Shown: one piece after another, positions 39,459-49,396 of the stretch
Numbering within the stretch: position 1 is the first letter of the stretch
How the letters are laid out: each line of letters begins with the position of its first letter
Origin: Bacillota bacterium
Lineage (GTDB): Bacteria > Bacillota_I > Bacilli_A > ML615J-28 > CAG-698
Length of the DNA stretch: 64,000 bases
Direction of reading: 5' to 3'
Assembly (NCBI GenBank): GCA_023410025.1
Contig: JAEYQM010000023.1
Span: 5 to 64,004 of the forward strand
Notes under the pieces: model-generated
The model's input: the letters and a program-made list of their open reading frames with translations, nothing else
Databases searched by the model: none
What the model was told of the DNA's origin: nothing
Position numbers and translations under genes: made by a program

Positions 39459-40253
39459 TAAAGTAAATTTAAACATTCTTAGTACGTCTAAATAATTTGT
39501 TGATGAAAAATGAATTTTATCACTACCAACAAGTTGGCATCCTGGATAAAATGAATTATTTAAAGCGGTTTTTGGTGAACGGTAATGAATTTCAATATCA
39601 AATTTCTCAGGAAGTTCAGTATGCATTTTAGTTAAATCTGTTGTTAATGTATTATATACAACATCATAGATTTCTTTATTAGTTATATTTGGATGTCTAC
39701 TAATTGTTGCTCCAAAACGACCTTCTTTAGTTGCAACTGTAGCAATATTTGGGTTAGTTCTTTTAATAAGCTTTGTTAACATTTCATCACCACTTAAGAA
39801 TATACTAGGTACACCTAAATAAGTAGCATATAAACTGTTAATATCAAATTCACTAGCAATAACTCCATTTATTTTCACATGTTGGATACGAGTATTCATT
39901 GTATGTGAAAGTGGGTTTCCTTCCGATCTAGATGGGCTATGATAACCAATATATAAGCAAGCGTCAAATGATTCATCAAGTCCTGCCATCATTGAACAAA
40001 TACTACCTTCCCACCCTCTATGTAATTTTACATAATCAGGTAAATCAGCAATTGAAATATTCATTGCAGAATCATGTGCATCCTTTACAAATATTTCAGT
40101 AGCTCCAGCTTCATGAGCAGCTATACAAGCTTGCTTCACTTCTTCAGTCATTTGTCTTTTAAATTCATTATAACGGAAATGTCCTGCTTCAGTCTCATCC
40201 CAAGAGCAAATGTTATTTACACCTTCAATATCAGCACTAATAAAAATTTTCAT
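39456..40253 (-). CDS. dppA: M55 family D-aminopeptidase (DppA-like)
   Basis: N-terminal MKIFISADIEGV typical of DppA/M55. Start at the ATG preceded by AAAGGAG on the minus strand. Confidence 0.75.
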   Translation of the reverse strand: MKIFISADIEGVNNICSWDETEAGHFRYNEFKRQMTEEVKQACIAAHEAGATEIFVKDAHDSAMNISIADLPDYVKLHRGWEGSICSMMAGLDESFDACLYIGYHSPSRSEGNPLSHTMNTRIQHVKINGVIASEFDINSLYATYLGVPSIFLSGDEMLTKLIKRTNPNIATVATKEGRFGATISRHPNITNKEIYDVVYNTLTTDLTKMHTELPEKFDIEIHYRSPKTALNNSFYPGCQLVGSDKIHFSSTNYLDVLRMFKFTL

Positions 40254-40378
40254 ACGGACTCCTTTTATTTTAATTATTTTTAATACAGTATAATTATACA
40301 ATAGAATTATAAAAAATAAAATATATATTTTAAAATTAAGTTTATTATGGTATAATAATAAAAAACAGGAGGCTTAAA

Positions 40379-41125
40379 ATGGAAAAAAAGATAAAAATGA
40401 CTTTAAGAATAGACTATAAAGCCATGAAATATTATAATATGTATAATTTAATCTACCGTAGACGTTTTAATTTATTTTATATAGGATTAGCAGTGTTATG
40501 TTTTGCTGGGGCAGTATTAAACTTTATTGGATATATTCCAGGTATAAATAAAGAACCAAGCCCATTATATGGGGTATTATTTTTAATTTTTGTTGGATAT
40601 TTTGTTTACCAAATTGCTAATCTAGAAAAGATTATTGATCGTAACATTAGTCAATATTTTTATAATCGTAACCCAATTGAACAAATTATGGAAATTAGTG
40701 AAGAAAATATTACTATTACATCAAAATCAGATCCTACAAAAGTTGTAGTTTATGAATGGATTCATGTAACAAATATTCATGAAATTAATCAATACTATTA
40801 TTTATTTTTAGGAAAACAACCTTTAATTATTAGTAAAGATCCTGCAGATATAATTGAAGGAACTGAAGAAGTTTTAAAAGAAATTATAGATGAAAAAATA
40901 AAACTTAAACCATACAAGAAAGTTGAAAAAGAAGTTGTAAAGACTCCAATCACTTATGTTCATCAAATTTTTGAAGAAGAAGTTAAACAAGCTGAACCTG
41001 CTGAAGTTGTTGAAGATGCGAAAGAAGTGGAATATACAGAAGTAGAAAATACATCTGAAGTAGAAAATGATGAAGATGTAATTGAAATTCCTGTAGAAGT
41101 AGAAAACAAAGATATTGAAGAATAA
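40379..41125 (+). CDS. YcxB-like membrane protein with acidic C-terminal tail, paralogue 2
   Basis: TM hairpin plus the YcxB block (YEWIHVTNIHEINQYYYLFLGKQPLIISK), then a Glu/Val-rich low-complexity tail; RBS CAGGAGG. Confidence 0.55.
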   Translation: MEKKIKMTLRIDYKAMKYYNMYNLIYRRRFNLFYIGLAVLCFAGAVLNFIGYIPGINKEPSPLYGVLFLIFVGYFVYQIANLEKIIDRNISQYFYNRNPIEQIMEISEENITITSKSDPTKVVVYEWIHVTNIHEINQYYYLFLGKQPLIISKDPADIIEGTEEVLKEIIDEKIKLKPYKKVEKEVVKTPITYVHQIFEEEVKQAEPAEVVEDAKEVEYTEVENTSEVENDEDVIEIPVEVENKDIEE

Positions 41126-41628
41126 TGATTAGAACAGAATTTTCATATTCTAAGGAAGAAATTAGAGATTTTTATAAATTTCATATTACAACAAAAGGTA
41201 ATGCTAGATTAATATATAATTTAATGGCTTTACTGTTTGCAGTTTTAGGAATTGGAGTATTATTAATTTTTAAGGATCGACTATTCTCATTATTATTGCT
41301 TGCAACTTCAGTTGTAGTTTTAATTATATATCCTGTACAATTAAATAAGACTATAAATAAAATTGTTTATTCAACATACTCTAGAGATAAACAACAAATT
41401 GATTTTTATGAAGAATATATTGAAACAAAGATTGAATCTGAATCTAAAAAATATACTTGGGATCAGATAACTGAAGTAAATGAAACATCTAAATATTTTT
41501 ATTTCTATCTTGGTAAAAATAATGCCCTAATAGTAAATAAAAATAATTTAAATGAATTAAGTAAAAATGAATTAGTAAAACTAATTAAATGCAAAAAAGG
41601 AAATATAATTTTATATTTAAAAAAGTAG
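41125..41628 (+). CDS. YcxB-like membrane protein, paralogue 3
   Basis: N-terminus EFYKFHITTKGNARLIYNLMALLFAVLGIGVLL parallels ORF 22035 (EFYKFHMFHKTT...); conserved WDQITEVNETSKYFYFYLG block; start overlaps the upstream stop (TAATGA). Confidence 0.6.
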   Translation: MIRTEFSYSKEEIRDFYKFHITTKGNARLIYNLMALLFAVLGIGVLLIFKDRLFSLLLLATSVVVLIIYPVQLNKTINKIVYSTYSRDKQQIDFYEEYIETKIESESKKYTWDQITEVNETSKYFYFYLGKNNALIVNKNNLNELSKNELVKLIKCKKGNIILYLKK

Positions 41629-41715
41629 AACTAAGTCATTATATGATTTAGTTTTTTTATCTAAATTATTTTACTTTTTTATTTATATAATATATAATTA
41701 ACTTGAGGTACTTAT

Positions 41716-42495
41716 ATGAGTGATATTAGAATTTTAAACATAAACAAAGAAAAACTTTTAAAAAGTCAAAAATTAACAACTAAAGAAGTAAGAGAATATA
41801 TTGAAAAAAATGCAAATGAATTATTAGGTTTAACTTTACTTGCCTCTAATTATTTATTAAAACAAGGTACTAATGATATTATTGAAACCTTTGCAATTGA
41901 TGAAACTTATAGATTAGTTATTATTGAATATAGATCGGGAAAGTTTGGGAAAATAATAAATAAAGGTTTAGTATATATTGACTATATAAAAGAAAATTTA
42001 AGTCAAATAAAAATGCTAATCAGTGATAAACTTGGATCAGATAAGGTTAGTAATATTAACTATAATCCACGTTTAATTGTAATTGGTGATGACTTTAATA
42101 GATATGATGAACATTCAATTAAATCACTACCTGTACAAGTTGATTTAATTAAATATCAAATGTATGATAATCAATATTTTGTTTTAGAAAAAAATTATTG
42201 TAGTAAAGTAATTGATCATGATGATTTTACATATAAACTTAAAAATCGAGATCAATTAGCATTATATAAATTGATTAATGATTTTATGTTATCTTTAGGT
42301 GATGAAGTAACAGAATATGGTTATAAAAATGTATTGTGTTACCGTAAGATAAATTATTTTGCCTATGTTATTTTTAATGAAGAAATTGAAATCCAATTAA
42401 ATATTAAAAATAAACCTAAATTAATTACAATTAAAAATGAGAAAGACTTTCAAAAAGCAAGTGAATATATAGAAAAGGCATATGATGAAAGATAA
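41716..42495 (+). CDS. hypothetical protein with a possible PD-(D/E)xK-like nuclease core
   Basis: Block NDIIETFAIDETYRLVIIEYRSGKF resembles the D...E-x-K/R core of restriction-endonuclease-fold proteins; assignment tentative; 259 aa. Confidence 0.4.
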   Translation: MSDIRILNINKEKLLKSQKLTTKEVREYIEKNANELLGLTLLASNYLLKQGTNDIIETFAIDETYRLVIIEYRSGKFGKIINKGLVYIDYIKENLSQIKMLISDKLGSDKVSNINYNPRLIVIGDDFNRYDEHSIKSLPVQVDLIKYQMYDNQYFVLEKNYCSKVIDHDDFTYKLKNRDQLALYKLINDFMLSLGDEVTEYGYKNVLCYRKINYFAYVIFNEEIEIQLNIKNKPKLITIKNEKDFQKASEYIEKAYDER

Positions 42496-43153
42496 AGAAT
42501 ATTATGTAAATAATTTAAATGTTTTATATGAAGATAACCATTTGATTGTTGTGGAAAAGTATAAAGATGTATTAAGTCAAAAAGATATTACAAATGATAT
42601 TGATATGAATGAAATTGTTAAAGAATATATCAAAATAAAATATCAAAAACCAGGTGCAGTGTACCTGGGTTTAATACATAGGCTTGACCGTAGGGTTGGT
42701 GGAGTGATGGTGTTTGCAAAAACATCAAAAGCTGCTTCAAGATTAAGTGAAGATATTCGAAAAAATAATATGAAAAAATATTATTATGCTGTAGTTAAAG
42801 GAACACTTACTAAGGGTGGAACAATCGATATTAAATTACTAAAAGATGAAAAAGAAAATATTGCTATTGTCCACAAAGATGGTAAGAGCTCTATTTTAAA
42901 CTATCAAGTAGTAAGGAATAATGGGAAAAATACTTTAGTTCTTATTGAACTTATTACAGGAAGATATAATCAAATCAGAGCAAGTTTTGCCCATATTGGT
43001 TATCCTTTAATTAATGACTATAAATATGATACAACACAAAAACCTAATAATTTAGATATCGCTTTATGGTGTTATAAAATCATTATAACTCATCCTGTAA
43101 CTAAAGAAGTAATGGAGTTTTCTCTAGAACCTAAGGGAGAAATATGGCAATAA
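42482..43153 (+). CDS. RluA-family pseudouridine synthase
   Basis: Catalytic motif HRLDRRVGGVMVFAKT (catalytic Asp) and the RluA-family core; overlaps the upstream ORF by 14 nt. Confidence 0.85.
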   Translation: MMKDKEYYVNNLNVLYEDNHLIVVEKYKDVLSQKDITNDIDMNEIVKEYIKIKYQKPGAVYLGLIHRLDRRVGGVMVFAKTSKAASRLSEDIRKNNMKKYYYAVVKGTLTKGGTIDIKLLKDEKENIAIVHKDGKSSILNYQVVRNNGKNTLVLIELITGRYNQIRASFAHIGYPLINDYKYDTTQKPNNLDIALWCYKIIITHPVTKEVMEFSLEPKGEIWQ

Positions 43154-43182
43154 AAAAAAGTAACCTTAAGTTACTTTATTTG
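43153..43182. terminator. bidirectional terminator between the rluA-like gene and rpmE
   Basis: Stem aagtaac cttaa gttactt flanked by A8 and T-run. Confidence 0.75.
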
Positions 43183-43385
43183 CTGCTTTTTTCTAAACGA
43201 CGATTAAACTTTTCAACACGACCAGCAGCTTGAACAAATTTTTGTTGTCCTGTGTAGAATGGATGACATTTAGAGCATGTATCAACACGAACTTCTTTTA
43301 ATACTGATCCGCTTTGAAATGTATTCCCGCATGAAGTACATGTAACTGTAACTGCATTGTATTTTGGGTGAATATTTTTCTTCAT
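43176..43385 (-). CDS. rpmE: 50S ribosomal protein L31 (zinc-ribbon type A)
   Basis: MKKNIHPKY...CTSCGNTF...[10 protein letters not shown]; 69 aa with four Cys. Confidence 0.92.
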   Translation of the reverse strand: MKKNIHPKYNAVTVTCTSCGNTFQSGSVLKEVRVDTCSKCHPFYTGQQKFVQAAGRVEKFNRRLEKSSK

Positions 43386-43591
43386 TTTTTATCTCCTTCC
43401 GCCATGATTAAAAAATCATAGTAAGTTATATTTACCTTGATATTATACCATCTATGAATATATAAGTCAATTTAATTTAATAAATATTTGGGGTGAAATA
43501 TTTACTGAATTAAATGGATTTAAATTGCCGATATAAGCATTATTTTCAATGTTTTGAATAAACTTATAATGGTAAAAAATAGAGGTGAATC

Positions 43592-44461
43592 TTGAATAAA
43601 AAGGTAATTAGGGTTCTTTTTATTATATTCTTTGCAAATTTATTGGTTGTATTTATAAAAATAATAATAGGTATTATTTTAAATTCAAACAGTATACTTG
43701 CTGATGGACTACACTCAATATCTGATTGTTCAGCAAACATAATTGCAATAATTGGACTTAAACTTTCAACACGTCCACCTGACAAAAACTATCGTTATGG
43801 ATATTATAAGTTTGAAACGATAGCTAGTATGTTTATTGGTTTTATACTTTTCTTTATAACGGTTGTAATAATTACAAATGCCATTACTTGGTTTATTAAT
43901 CCTAGAGTTGTAAAAACTTCAGATACAGGTTTATTATTACTACTTTTTGGTTTAATAGTTAACTTATTTGTATATAGTATTGAAAACAAAAAAAGTAAAA
44001 AATATAATTCCCAATTATTACGAATTGATGCTCTTCATACGCTTAGTGATTGTTTAATATCTATTGGTGTAATTTTAAGTGCAATACTAATAAGAGTTGG
44101 TGTTAATCAAATAGTTGACCCGATTGTATCATTAATAATAGCGGTATTAATATTAAAATCTTCAATTGATATTTTAAAAGAAACACTAAGTATATTAATA
44201 GATATTAATGTTGTTAATGAAGAAGAATTAAAAAATTTAGTATATCAAACAAGTAATAAAATAATCAATATTCATAATATTAGAAGTAGAGGAAATGAAT
44301 ATTATAAATATATCGATATGCATATAATTGTAAATCCATTTATGAGTGTAAAAGAAGCCCATGAACTAGATCATACGATAAATGATGAAATAAGTAAATA
44401 TTATTGTTGTCATACAGATACAATTTGTCATATCGAACCTGATGAAAGAAATACTTATTAG
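43592..44461 (+). CDS. cation diffusion facilitator (CDF) family divalent-metal efflux transporter
   Basis: Six-TM CDF core with HSISD and HTLSD metal-site motifs and a C-terminal cytoplasmic domain. TTG start after AGAGGTG; TATAAT at 43565-43570. Confidence 0.85.
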   Translation: MNKKVIRVLFIIFFANLLVVFIKIIIGIILNSNSILADGLHSISDCSANIIAIIGLKLSTRPPDKNYRYGYYKFETIASMFIGFILFFITVVIITNAITWFINPRVVKTSDTGLLLLLFGLIVNLFVYSIENKKSKKYNSQLLRIDALHTLSDCLISIGVILSAILIRVGVNQIVDPIVSLIIAVLILKSSIDILKETLSILIDINVVNEEELKNLVYQTSNKIINIHNIRSRGNEYYKYIDMHIIVNPFMSVKEAHELDHTINDEISKYYCCHTDTICHIEPDERNTY

Positions 44462-44467
44462 ACAGAA

Positions 44468-44497
44468 AAAATCACTATTAAATAGTGATTTTTTTAT
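44468..44497 (+). terminator. rho-independent terminator after the CDF gene
   Basis: Stem atcactatt / aatagtgat followed by TTTTTTT. Confidence 0.8.
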
Positions 44498-44538
44498 TAT
44501 ATAAGTCTAAAAGTATAAAAAAATTATTATAATATGAT

Positions 44539-44566
44539 TTGACAAATTAATAAATAATAGTATAAT
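44539..44566 (+). promoter_or_regulatory. consensus sigma-A promoter (TTGACA-16-TATAAT) of the siderophore ABC operon
   Basis: TTGACA at 44539-44544, 16-nt spacer, TATAAT at 44561-44566. Confidence 0.65.
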
Positions 44567-44567
44567 A

Positions 44568-44589
44568 ACAGTTAGCATATGCTAACTGT
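44568..44589. promoter_or_regulatory. perfect 22-bp palindromic operator-like site (ACAGTTAGCAT|ATGCTAACTGT) abutting the -10
   Basis: Exact inverted repeat starting 2 nt after the -10 hexamer and ending 9 nt before the RBS GAGGAAAAAT of the first permease gene. Confidence 0.55.
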
Positions 44590-44598
44590 GAGGAAAAA

Positions 44599-45574
44599 TA
44601 TGAAGTTAAATAAGGTTTTTAAATTGAATATTATTCTTATAATTGTCCTTTTTATCCTTATGTTTATATCCATAAATATTGGAGTTGAAAAGTTCAATAT
44701 AGGAAACTTATTAAATGGCATTGAACATGATGTAAATATTTTTTTGAAAAGTAGATTTCCAAGAGTACTTAGTGTAATAATCGTTGGGGTTAGCATGAGT
44801 ATATGTGGTTTAATTATGCAGACCATTTCTGTAAATAAATTTGTTTCACCATCTACTGCAGGTACGATGGATTGGGCAAAGTTGGGTATATTAATTGCTG
44901 TATTTTTCTTTGGTAATTCAAGTGTTATTGCCAAGATGACAATTGGAGTTATAGTAGCCTTAGCAGGAACAATGTTATTTATGATAATCCTTCGTAAAGT
45001 TAAATTTAAAAATACTGTTATTGTACCCTTATTAGGGATAATGCTTGGAAATGTTGTTTCCGCAATCACTTCCTTTATTGGCCTTAAGTTTGATCTTAAT
45101 CAATATCTAACAACTTGGTTGAATGGTAGTTTTACCCTAGTTACTAAAGGTAATTATGAATTATTATATATTGGTATTCCCTTTATGTTAATTGCTGTTC
45201 TTTATGCAGGTAAATTTACAATAGCGGCAATGGGTGAGGATTTCTCAACAAATCTTGGTTTAAATCATAAAAAAATTGTTATGCTAGGTTTGATTATTGT
45301 ATCAACTATTACATCACTAGTTGTTGTAACAATAGGAACTATACCATTTATTGGTTTGATTGTACCAAATATTGTATCAATGTACGTTGGGGATAATTTA
45401 AAAAAATCATTACTAACTACTGCATTATTTGGTTCAGTACTAGTCCTTATATGTGACATAATTGGTCGTGTACTGATATTTCCATATGAAGTTTCAATTT
45501 CAGTTATTATGAGTGTTATCGGAAGTATACTTTTCCTAATAATTATATTTAAAAGGAAGATGGGTACAAACTAA
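44599..45574 (+). CDS. iron-siderophore ABC transporter permease (FecCD family), subunit 1
   Basis: FecCD-type polytopic permease; start at the ATG after TGAGGAAAAAT; yclN-like. Confidence 0.85.
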
Positions 45575-46539
45575 TGAAAAAATATCTTCAAACTAACTCT
45601 GGACGCATTGTTATTGCATTAATAATTATATTAGTTTTAACCCTAATTACGGTATCAATGGGGTTAACTTGGAAGAGTCTTGCTTTTAAATTGCCAAGAA
45701 GACTGAATAAGATTCTTGCCTATTTAATAGTTAGTTTTTCAATTTCGTATTCAGCAATCTCTTTTCAAACACTTACAAATAATAAATTACTAACTCCTAG
45801 TGTTATGGGACTTGATTCTTTATACATGTTTATTCAGACAATTATTGTATTTATATTTGGGAGTGGAAAAATTGAAATGCTTTCTGGACCATTTAATTAT
45901 TTCTTATCATTAATTGTAATGGTTGGTTTTTCAATGATTCTCTTTGCAATCCTATTTAAACGAGAACAAAATAGTATTTATTTTCTTTTGCTTGTTGGAA
46001 TGGTCTTTGGGTCATTATTTGGAGGATTATCATCATTTATGCAAGTAATTCTAGATCCAAATGAATTTCTACTAGTTCAAGGTAAAATGTTTGCTAGTTT
46101 TGATAATATAAATACAAATTTATTACTTATCAGTCTTGTTATTACCGTGGCTATATTTATCTTAAATTTAAATGACTATCGTAAACTTGATGTTTTAAGT
46201 TTAGGAAAGAATCAGGCTATTAGTTTGGGACTAGATTACAATAAATTAGTTCTCAAAAACTTAATTTCTATATCGATATTAACAGCAGTATCAACTGCAT
46301 TAGTTGGACCAATAACTTTCTTGGGATTAATTATTGCATCATTGTCAACGCATATATTTAATTCACATAAGCATTCGGTAAGAATTTTTGGGGGAACCCT
46401 AATTTGTAATATAGCATTACTTGCTTCAGTACTAATAGTTGAGAATGTATTTAAAATGGGGACAACGGTTAGTGTTGTTATTAACTTTGTTGGTGGAATA
46501 TATTTTATTTATTTAATTTTAAAGGGGGCAAAAAAATGA
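45574..46539 (+). CDS. iron-siderophore ABC transporter permease (FecCD family), subunit 2
   Basis: Second FecCD-type permease, overlapping the upstream stop (TAATGA); yclO-like. Confidence 0.85.
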   Translation: MKKYLQTNSGRIVIALIIILVLTLITVSMGLTWKSLAFKLPRRLNKILAYLIVSFSISYSAISFQTLTNNKLLTPSVMGLDSLYMFIQTIIVFIFGSGKIEMLSGPFNYFLSLIVMVGFSMILFAILFKREQNSIYFLLLVGMVFGSLFGGLSSFMQVILDPNEFLLVQGKMFASFDNINTNLLLISLVITVAIFILNLNDYRKLDVLSLGKNQAISLGLDYNKLVLKNLISISILTAVSTALVGPITFLGLIIASLSTHIFNSHKHSVRIFGGTLICNIALLASVLIVENVFKMGTTVSVVINFVGGIYFIYLILKGAKK

Positions 46540-47294
46540 TTGCATTTGATGAGATATTAAAGTCATATCAAAGTAAAATTGTATTAAACAATGTAGGGAT
46601 GGAATTACCTACAAATAAGATGATTGCCTTCATTGGCCCAAATGGTGCTGGTAAGAGTACATTAATATCAGTAATTTGTCGATTACTTAAAAAAGATAAA
46701 GGAACAATTTATATTGATGGTACACCAATTGAAAAATGGGAATCAACTTCTCTTGCAAAACAAATTTCTATTCTTAGTCAATCTAATCATATGAATGTTC
46801 GATTAACAGTTAGAGAACTTGTGAGTTTTGGTAGATATCCACATTCAAAAGGAAAAATAACAGAAGATGATAAGAAAATAATTAATGATGCTATTGATTA
46901 TATGGGAATTAACCATTTATCAGATAGATTTTTAGACCAACTTAGTGGTGGGGAAAGACAAATGGCATTTATTGCTATGACAATTGCCCAAGATGCGAAA
47001 TACATAGTATTAGATGAACCACTAAATAATTTAGATATGAATCATTCAGTAAAGATAATGAAGATTTTAAAAGAACTTGTTGAGAAGAGGGGCAAAACAG
47101 TTCTTATTGTAATTCATGACATTAACTTTGTTACTAGCTATGCAGATTACATAGTAGCAATGAAAAATGGAGAAATTCTTTACCATGGAGATGCAAATGA
47201 CATCATTTGTAAGAACAAATTAAAAGATATATATGACATAGATATTGATGTTGTATCAGTAGAAGGTAATCATTTTTGCCTATATTACAAATAA
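46536..47294 (+). CDS. iron-siderophore ABC transporter ATP-binding protein (FepC/FecE-like)
   Basis: Walker A GPNGAGKST, signature LSGGERQ, Walker B VLDEPLNNLD, H-loop IVIHD. Confidence 0.9.
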   Translation: MIAFDEILKSYQSKIVLNNVGMELPTNKMIAFIGPNGAGKSTLISVICRLLKKDKGTIYIDGTPIEKWESTSLAKQISILSQSNHMNVRLTVRELVSFGRYPHSKGKITEDDKKIINDAIDYMGINHLSDRFLDQLSGGERQMAFIAMTIAQDAKYIVLDEPLNNLDMNHSVKIMKILKELVEKRGKTVLIVIHDINFVTSYADYIVAMKNGEILYHGDANDIICKNKLKDIYDIDIDVVSVEGNHFCLYYK

Positions 47295-47307
47295 GAAAGG
47301 GGATCGT

Positions 47308-48225
47308 ATGAAAAAAATACTATTATTACTAATTATTATGTTAGGATTTGTTGCATTAACAGCCTGTGGACAAGTTGATGATGGAAAAGATAAAGGGGAT
47401 ACAATTGAAATTACACATTCAAAAGGTGTAGCCCACGTTCCAAAAAATATTGAAAAAGCTGTTGTGTTTGACTTAGGTGTTTTAGATATTATAATGAATT
47501 TAGAAGTTGAAGTAGAAATAGCAATTCCAACTGGAAATATTCCTCAATACTTATCAAAATTTGTTAATGATACTAATTTGGGTACATTAACTGCTCCTGA
47601 TGTTGAAGCAATATTTGATTATGAACCAGATGTAATATTCTTAAGTGGTCGTCAAGCTACATATTATGATGAAATTAGCAAAATTGCTCCAACAATCTAT
47701 GTTGAAACATCATCAGATAAATACTTAGAAGATGTAATCAGTAATATGGAAATGATTGGGAAAGTATTTAATAAATTGGATAAGGTAAATGAACTTTCAG
47801 AAAATTTAACTTCAAAAGTAAATGAAGTTAAAAATTTAGATAAAGGAAACAAAACTGCATTAGTATTATTAGTAAACGGAACTAGCATTAGTGCATACGG
47901 ACCAGGATCAAGATTTGGATTTGTTCATGACACTTTATTATTACCAGCAGCCGATACAACAATAGAAGTATCAACACATGGCCAATCTGTTAACTATGAA
48001 TACATTTTAAACAAGAAACCAAGCATGATTTTAGTTGTTGACCGTTCAAGTATATTAACAGATACTCCAGCAGCGGGTATATTAGACAATGAAATATTAA
48101 AAGATGGAAATGGAAATCCATTATTTCCAATTCATTTCTTAAATAGTGCTGCATGGTACTTAGTGTCTGGCGGATATACATCAACTCTTCAAATGATAAA
48201 TGATGTTTCAAATGCTTTAAAATAA
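47308..48225 (+). CDS. siderophore/iron-chelate-binding lipoprotein (class III periplasmic binding protein fold)
   Basis: Lipoprotein signal with lipobox LTAC; about 300 aa, typical for FeuA/YclQ-type SBPs; completes a yclNOPQ-like importer. Confidence 0.8.
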   Translation: MKKILLLLIIMLGFVALTACGQVDDGKDKGDTIEITHSKGVAHVPKNIEKAVVFDLGVLDIIMNLEVEVEIAIPTGNIPQYLSKFVNDTNLGTLTAPDVEAIFDYEPDVIFLSGRQATYYDEISKIAPTIYVETSSDKYLEDVISNMEMIGKVFNKLDKVNELSENLTSKVNEVKNLDKGNKTALVLLVNGTSISAYGPGSRFGFVHDTLLLPAADTTIEVSTHGQSVNYEYILNKKPSMILVVDRSSILTDTPAAGILDNEILKDGNGNPLFPIHFLNSAAWYLVSGGYTSTLQMINDVSNALK

Positions 48226-48228
48226 TAA

Positions 48229-48268
48229 AAAATTACTTCTTATGAAAATAAGAAGTTTTTTATTAAAA
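48229..48268 (+). terminator. rho-independent terminator after the importer operon
   Basis: Stem acttcttat gaaa ataagaagt followed by TTTTTTATT. Confidence 0.8.
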
Positions 48269-48337
48269 TATATTCAATCTTGAAAAAAAGGTCGTATTAT
48301 GATAAAATAAATTATATTAATAATTAGGAGAATAAAT

Positions 48338-48913
48338 ATGGATTTACAATTAAAAGACGGATGGATTGAAGTAATTTCAGGTAGTATGTATGCCGGAAAA
48401 ACCGAAGAACTAATTAGACGTATTAAAAGAATTGAATACGCCAAAAAAGATGTATTAGTATTTAAACCTAAGATTGATAATAGATACAGTGAAAATGAAG
48501 TTGTATCTCATAATAATGGTAGAACTAAATCAATAATAATATCTCAAGCAAAAGAAATTTATGATTATTTACAAACTTTGCCCTATGCTATAGCTATAGA
48601 TGAAATTCAATTTTTTGATAATGAAATTATCGAAGTATGTGAATATCTTGCTGATAAAGGAATTAGGGTAATTGTTGCTGGACTTGATCGTGATTTTAGA
48701 GGTGAACCCTTTGGGGTAATGCCAGACATTTTGGCACGTGCAGAATATGTTACAAAACTAAATGCAATATGTCAAGTGTGCGGTGCACCAGCCACAAGAA
48801 CTCAAAGACTAATAAATGGAAAACCGGCCAAATATAATGACCCTATTATATTAGTAGGAGCAAAAGAACAATATGAAGCAAGATGTCGTCATTGTCATGT
48901 GGTGGAAAAATGA
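48338..48913 (+). CDS. tdk: thymidine kinase
   Basis: P-loop [11 protein letters not shown] and C-terminal zinc motif CQVCG...CRHCH; 191 aa. Confidence 0.92.
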   Translation: MDLQLKDGWIEVISGSMYAGKTEELIRRIKRIEYAKKDVLVFKPKIDNRYSENEVVSHNNGRTKSIIISQAKEIYDYLQTLPYAIAIDEIQFFDNEIIEVCEYLADKGIRVIVAGLDRDFRGEPFGVMPDILARAEYVTKLNAICQVCGAPATRTQRLINGKPAKYNDPIILVGAKEQYEARCRHCHVVEK

Positions 48914-49380
48914 GTAGTGATGAAATTTTTATGCAAGAGGCAATAAAAGAAGCCCGGAAAGCATATAAGATTGGTGATGTACCAGTAGGATGTGTAATTG
49001 TAATTAATAATGAAATTGTATCTAGAAGTCATAATTTACGCCATAATTTTAAGAATAGTCTGTTTCATGCGGAAATGATTGCAATTCATAGAGCATGTAC
49101 AAAACTAAATCGCTGGATTTTAGATGATGCTACTTTGTATGTTACAATTGAACCATGTCTAATGTGTAGTGGAGCAATTCTTCAATCGCGAATTAAAAGA
49201 GTTGTATATGGAAGAGAGGAACCTAAATTTGGTTGTGTTGAGAGTGTTATGAATGTCTTTGATAATAATAATTTTAATCATAAAGTAGAAATAACAAAAG
49301 ATATATGTGGGGAAGAAATAAACAAAATGATGAAAGAATTCTTCCAAGAGTTAAGAAAAAGTAAAAAATCAGTCCAATGA
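48910..49380 (+). CDS. tadA: tRNA-specific adenosine-34 deaminase
   Basis: CDA zinc motifs [10 protein letters not shown] and PCLMCSGAI; start at the ATG overlapping the tdk TGA ([15 protein letters not shown]). Confidence 0.9.
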   Translation: MSSDEIFMQEAIKEARKAYKIGDVPVGCVIVINNEIVSRSHNLRHNFKNSLFHAEMIAIHRACTKLNRWILDDATLYVTIEPCLMCSGAILQSRIKRVVYGREEPKFGCVESVMNVFDNNNFNHKVEITKDICGEEINKMMKEFFQELRKSKKSVQ

Positions 49381-49396
49381 ACTGATTTTTTTAATA
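49365..49396. terminator. bidirectional terminator between tadA and the convergent peptidase-like gene
   Basis: Stem atcagtcc aatgaactgat followed by TTTTTTT. Confidence 0.7.

Noticed and set aside
44572-45069. 165-aa minus-strand ORF over the first siderophore permease gene
   Set aside because: The plus-strand frame is a recognisable FecCD permease preceded by promoter, operator and RBS. The minus frame is a shadow.
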